64,000 nucleotides of DNA from Octopus vulgaris (Eukaryota), in the NCBI GenBank assembly GCA_951406725.2, contig OX597827.1:76694001-76758000 (forward strand). Reading direction: 5' to 3'. The notes below the pieces were generated by a model that saw nothing but the letters and a program-made list of their open reading frames with translations, was not told the origin of the DNA and searched no databases. Position numbers and translations under genes: made by a program. Positions 63,051 through 64,000 of the stretch are shown piece by piece (within the stretch, counting starts at the first letter, position 1; each line of letters opens with the position of its first letter).

Positions 63051-63699
63051 ATTTGGACCTGGAGATCTCCATTTCCAGCAACTTCGAGGGCCACCTCCCA
63101 GTGGTGTCGGGCGTCAATGAAGAGCCCTCAACTACAACAAGACGACCAAAGTTTTTTCCAAGGTCTGGGGTCTCCGGCATTTAAGCCCTAGACCATCACC
63201 TAATCACCCTTACCCGTCTTAACAACAACAACAACTACTACATGGCACCAGCACCAGTGTTTTACACGTGGTCCCATCACCAGTGCATTATACATGGCCC
63301 CGGCACCAGGGCTTCATATGTGGCTGTAGCACCAGTGCATATTATGGAGCAGTGACCACACTCATATATATACATGAATTCATATAAGGAATCTTGCAAA
63401 CTAAATACAAAAACAATATATATCATCATCATCATCATCATCGTTTAACGTCCGTTTTCCGCGCTAGCACGGGTTGGACGGTTCGACCGGGGTCTGGGAA
63501 GCCAGGGGCCGCTCCAGGCTCCAGTCTGATTCTGGCAGAGTTTCTACGGCTGGATGCCCTTCCTAACGCCAACCACTCCATGAGTGGATTGGGTGCTTTT
63601 TACGTGCCACCTGCACAGGGGCCGGGGGGTCCGATATATATATATATATATATATAAATATATATGTATGTACGTATTTTTGTGACCCCACCATCACTT

Positions 63700-63971
63700 G
63701 TATTTGGTAGATGGAAAGTGAAAGAAGCCTGTCTTATATACATATACATGTATGTGTGTTTGTGTGTCTGTGTTTGTCCCCCCAACATCGCTTGACAACT
63801 GATGCTGGTGTGTTTACGTTCCCAGTAACTTAGCAGTTCAGCAAAAGAGACCGATAGAATAAGTACTAGGCTTACGAAGAATAAGTCTTGGTGCCGATTT
63901 GCTTGACTAAAGGTGGTGCTCCAACATGGCCGCAGTCAAATGACTGAAACAAGTAAAAGAGTAAAAGAGTA
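63700..63971 (+). mobile_element. SINE family B, 3' two-thirds
   Basis: atttggtagatggaaagtgaaagaagcc...actgaaacaagtaaaagagtaaaagag. Confidence 0.9.
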
Positions 63972-64000
63972 ACATGTTTCTACACAGTTTTTGTCTAACT

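Overview
Eukaryotic, AT-rich, extremely repeat-dense DNA. The tRNA-derived SINE families and the load of (AT)n/(AC)n/(ATAC)n/(AGAT)n microsatellites look like a coleoid cephalopod (Octopus-like) intron or intergenic region; this is inferred from repeat recognition, not a database hit. I found no intact cellular protein-coding gene, and almost all supplied ORFs are microsatellite or SINE translations. Supported content: a full-length but dead mariner (D,D34D) transposon; many copies of several SINE families; a hAT-type MITE family that repeatedly hosts nested insertions; a 681-bp hAT-like element with an 8-bp TSD inside an RTE LINE; non-autonomous Helitrons in head-to-tail arrays; decayed LINE fragments of five clades (RTE, L1/Tx1, CR1, R4/Dong-like, CRE-like); a U6 snRNA pseudogene abutting a SINE; and several minimal hammerhead-ribozyme-like motifs. 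The best leads are a repeat family whose two copies share a CCGANGA (U4C) hammerhead core, the long+short Helitron arrays present as an inverted pair, the U6-SINE junction, and a possible degenerate homeobox. Repeat boundaries were read by eye and are approximate unless a TSD or terminal motif is quoted.
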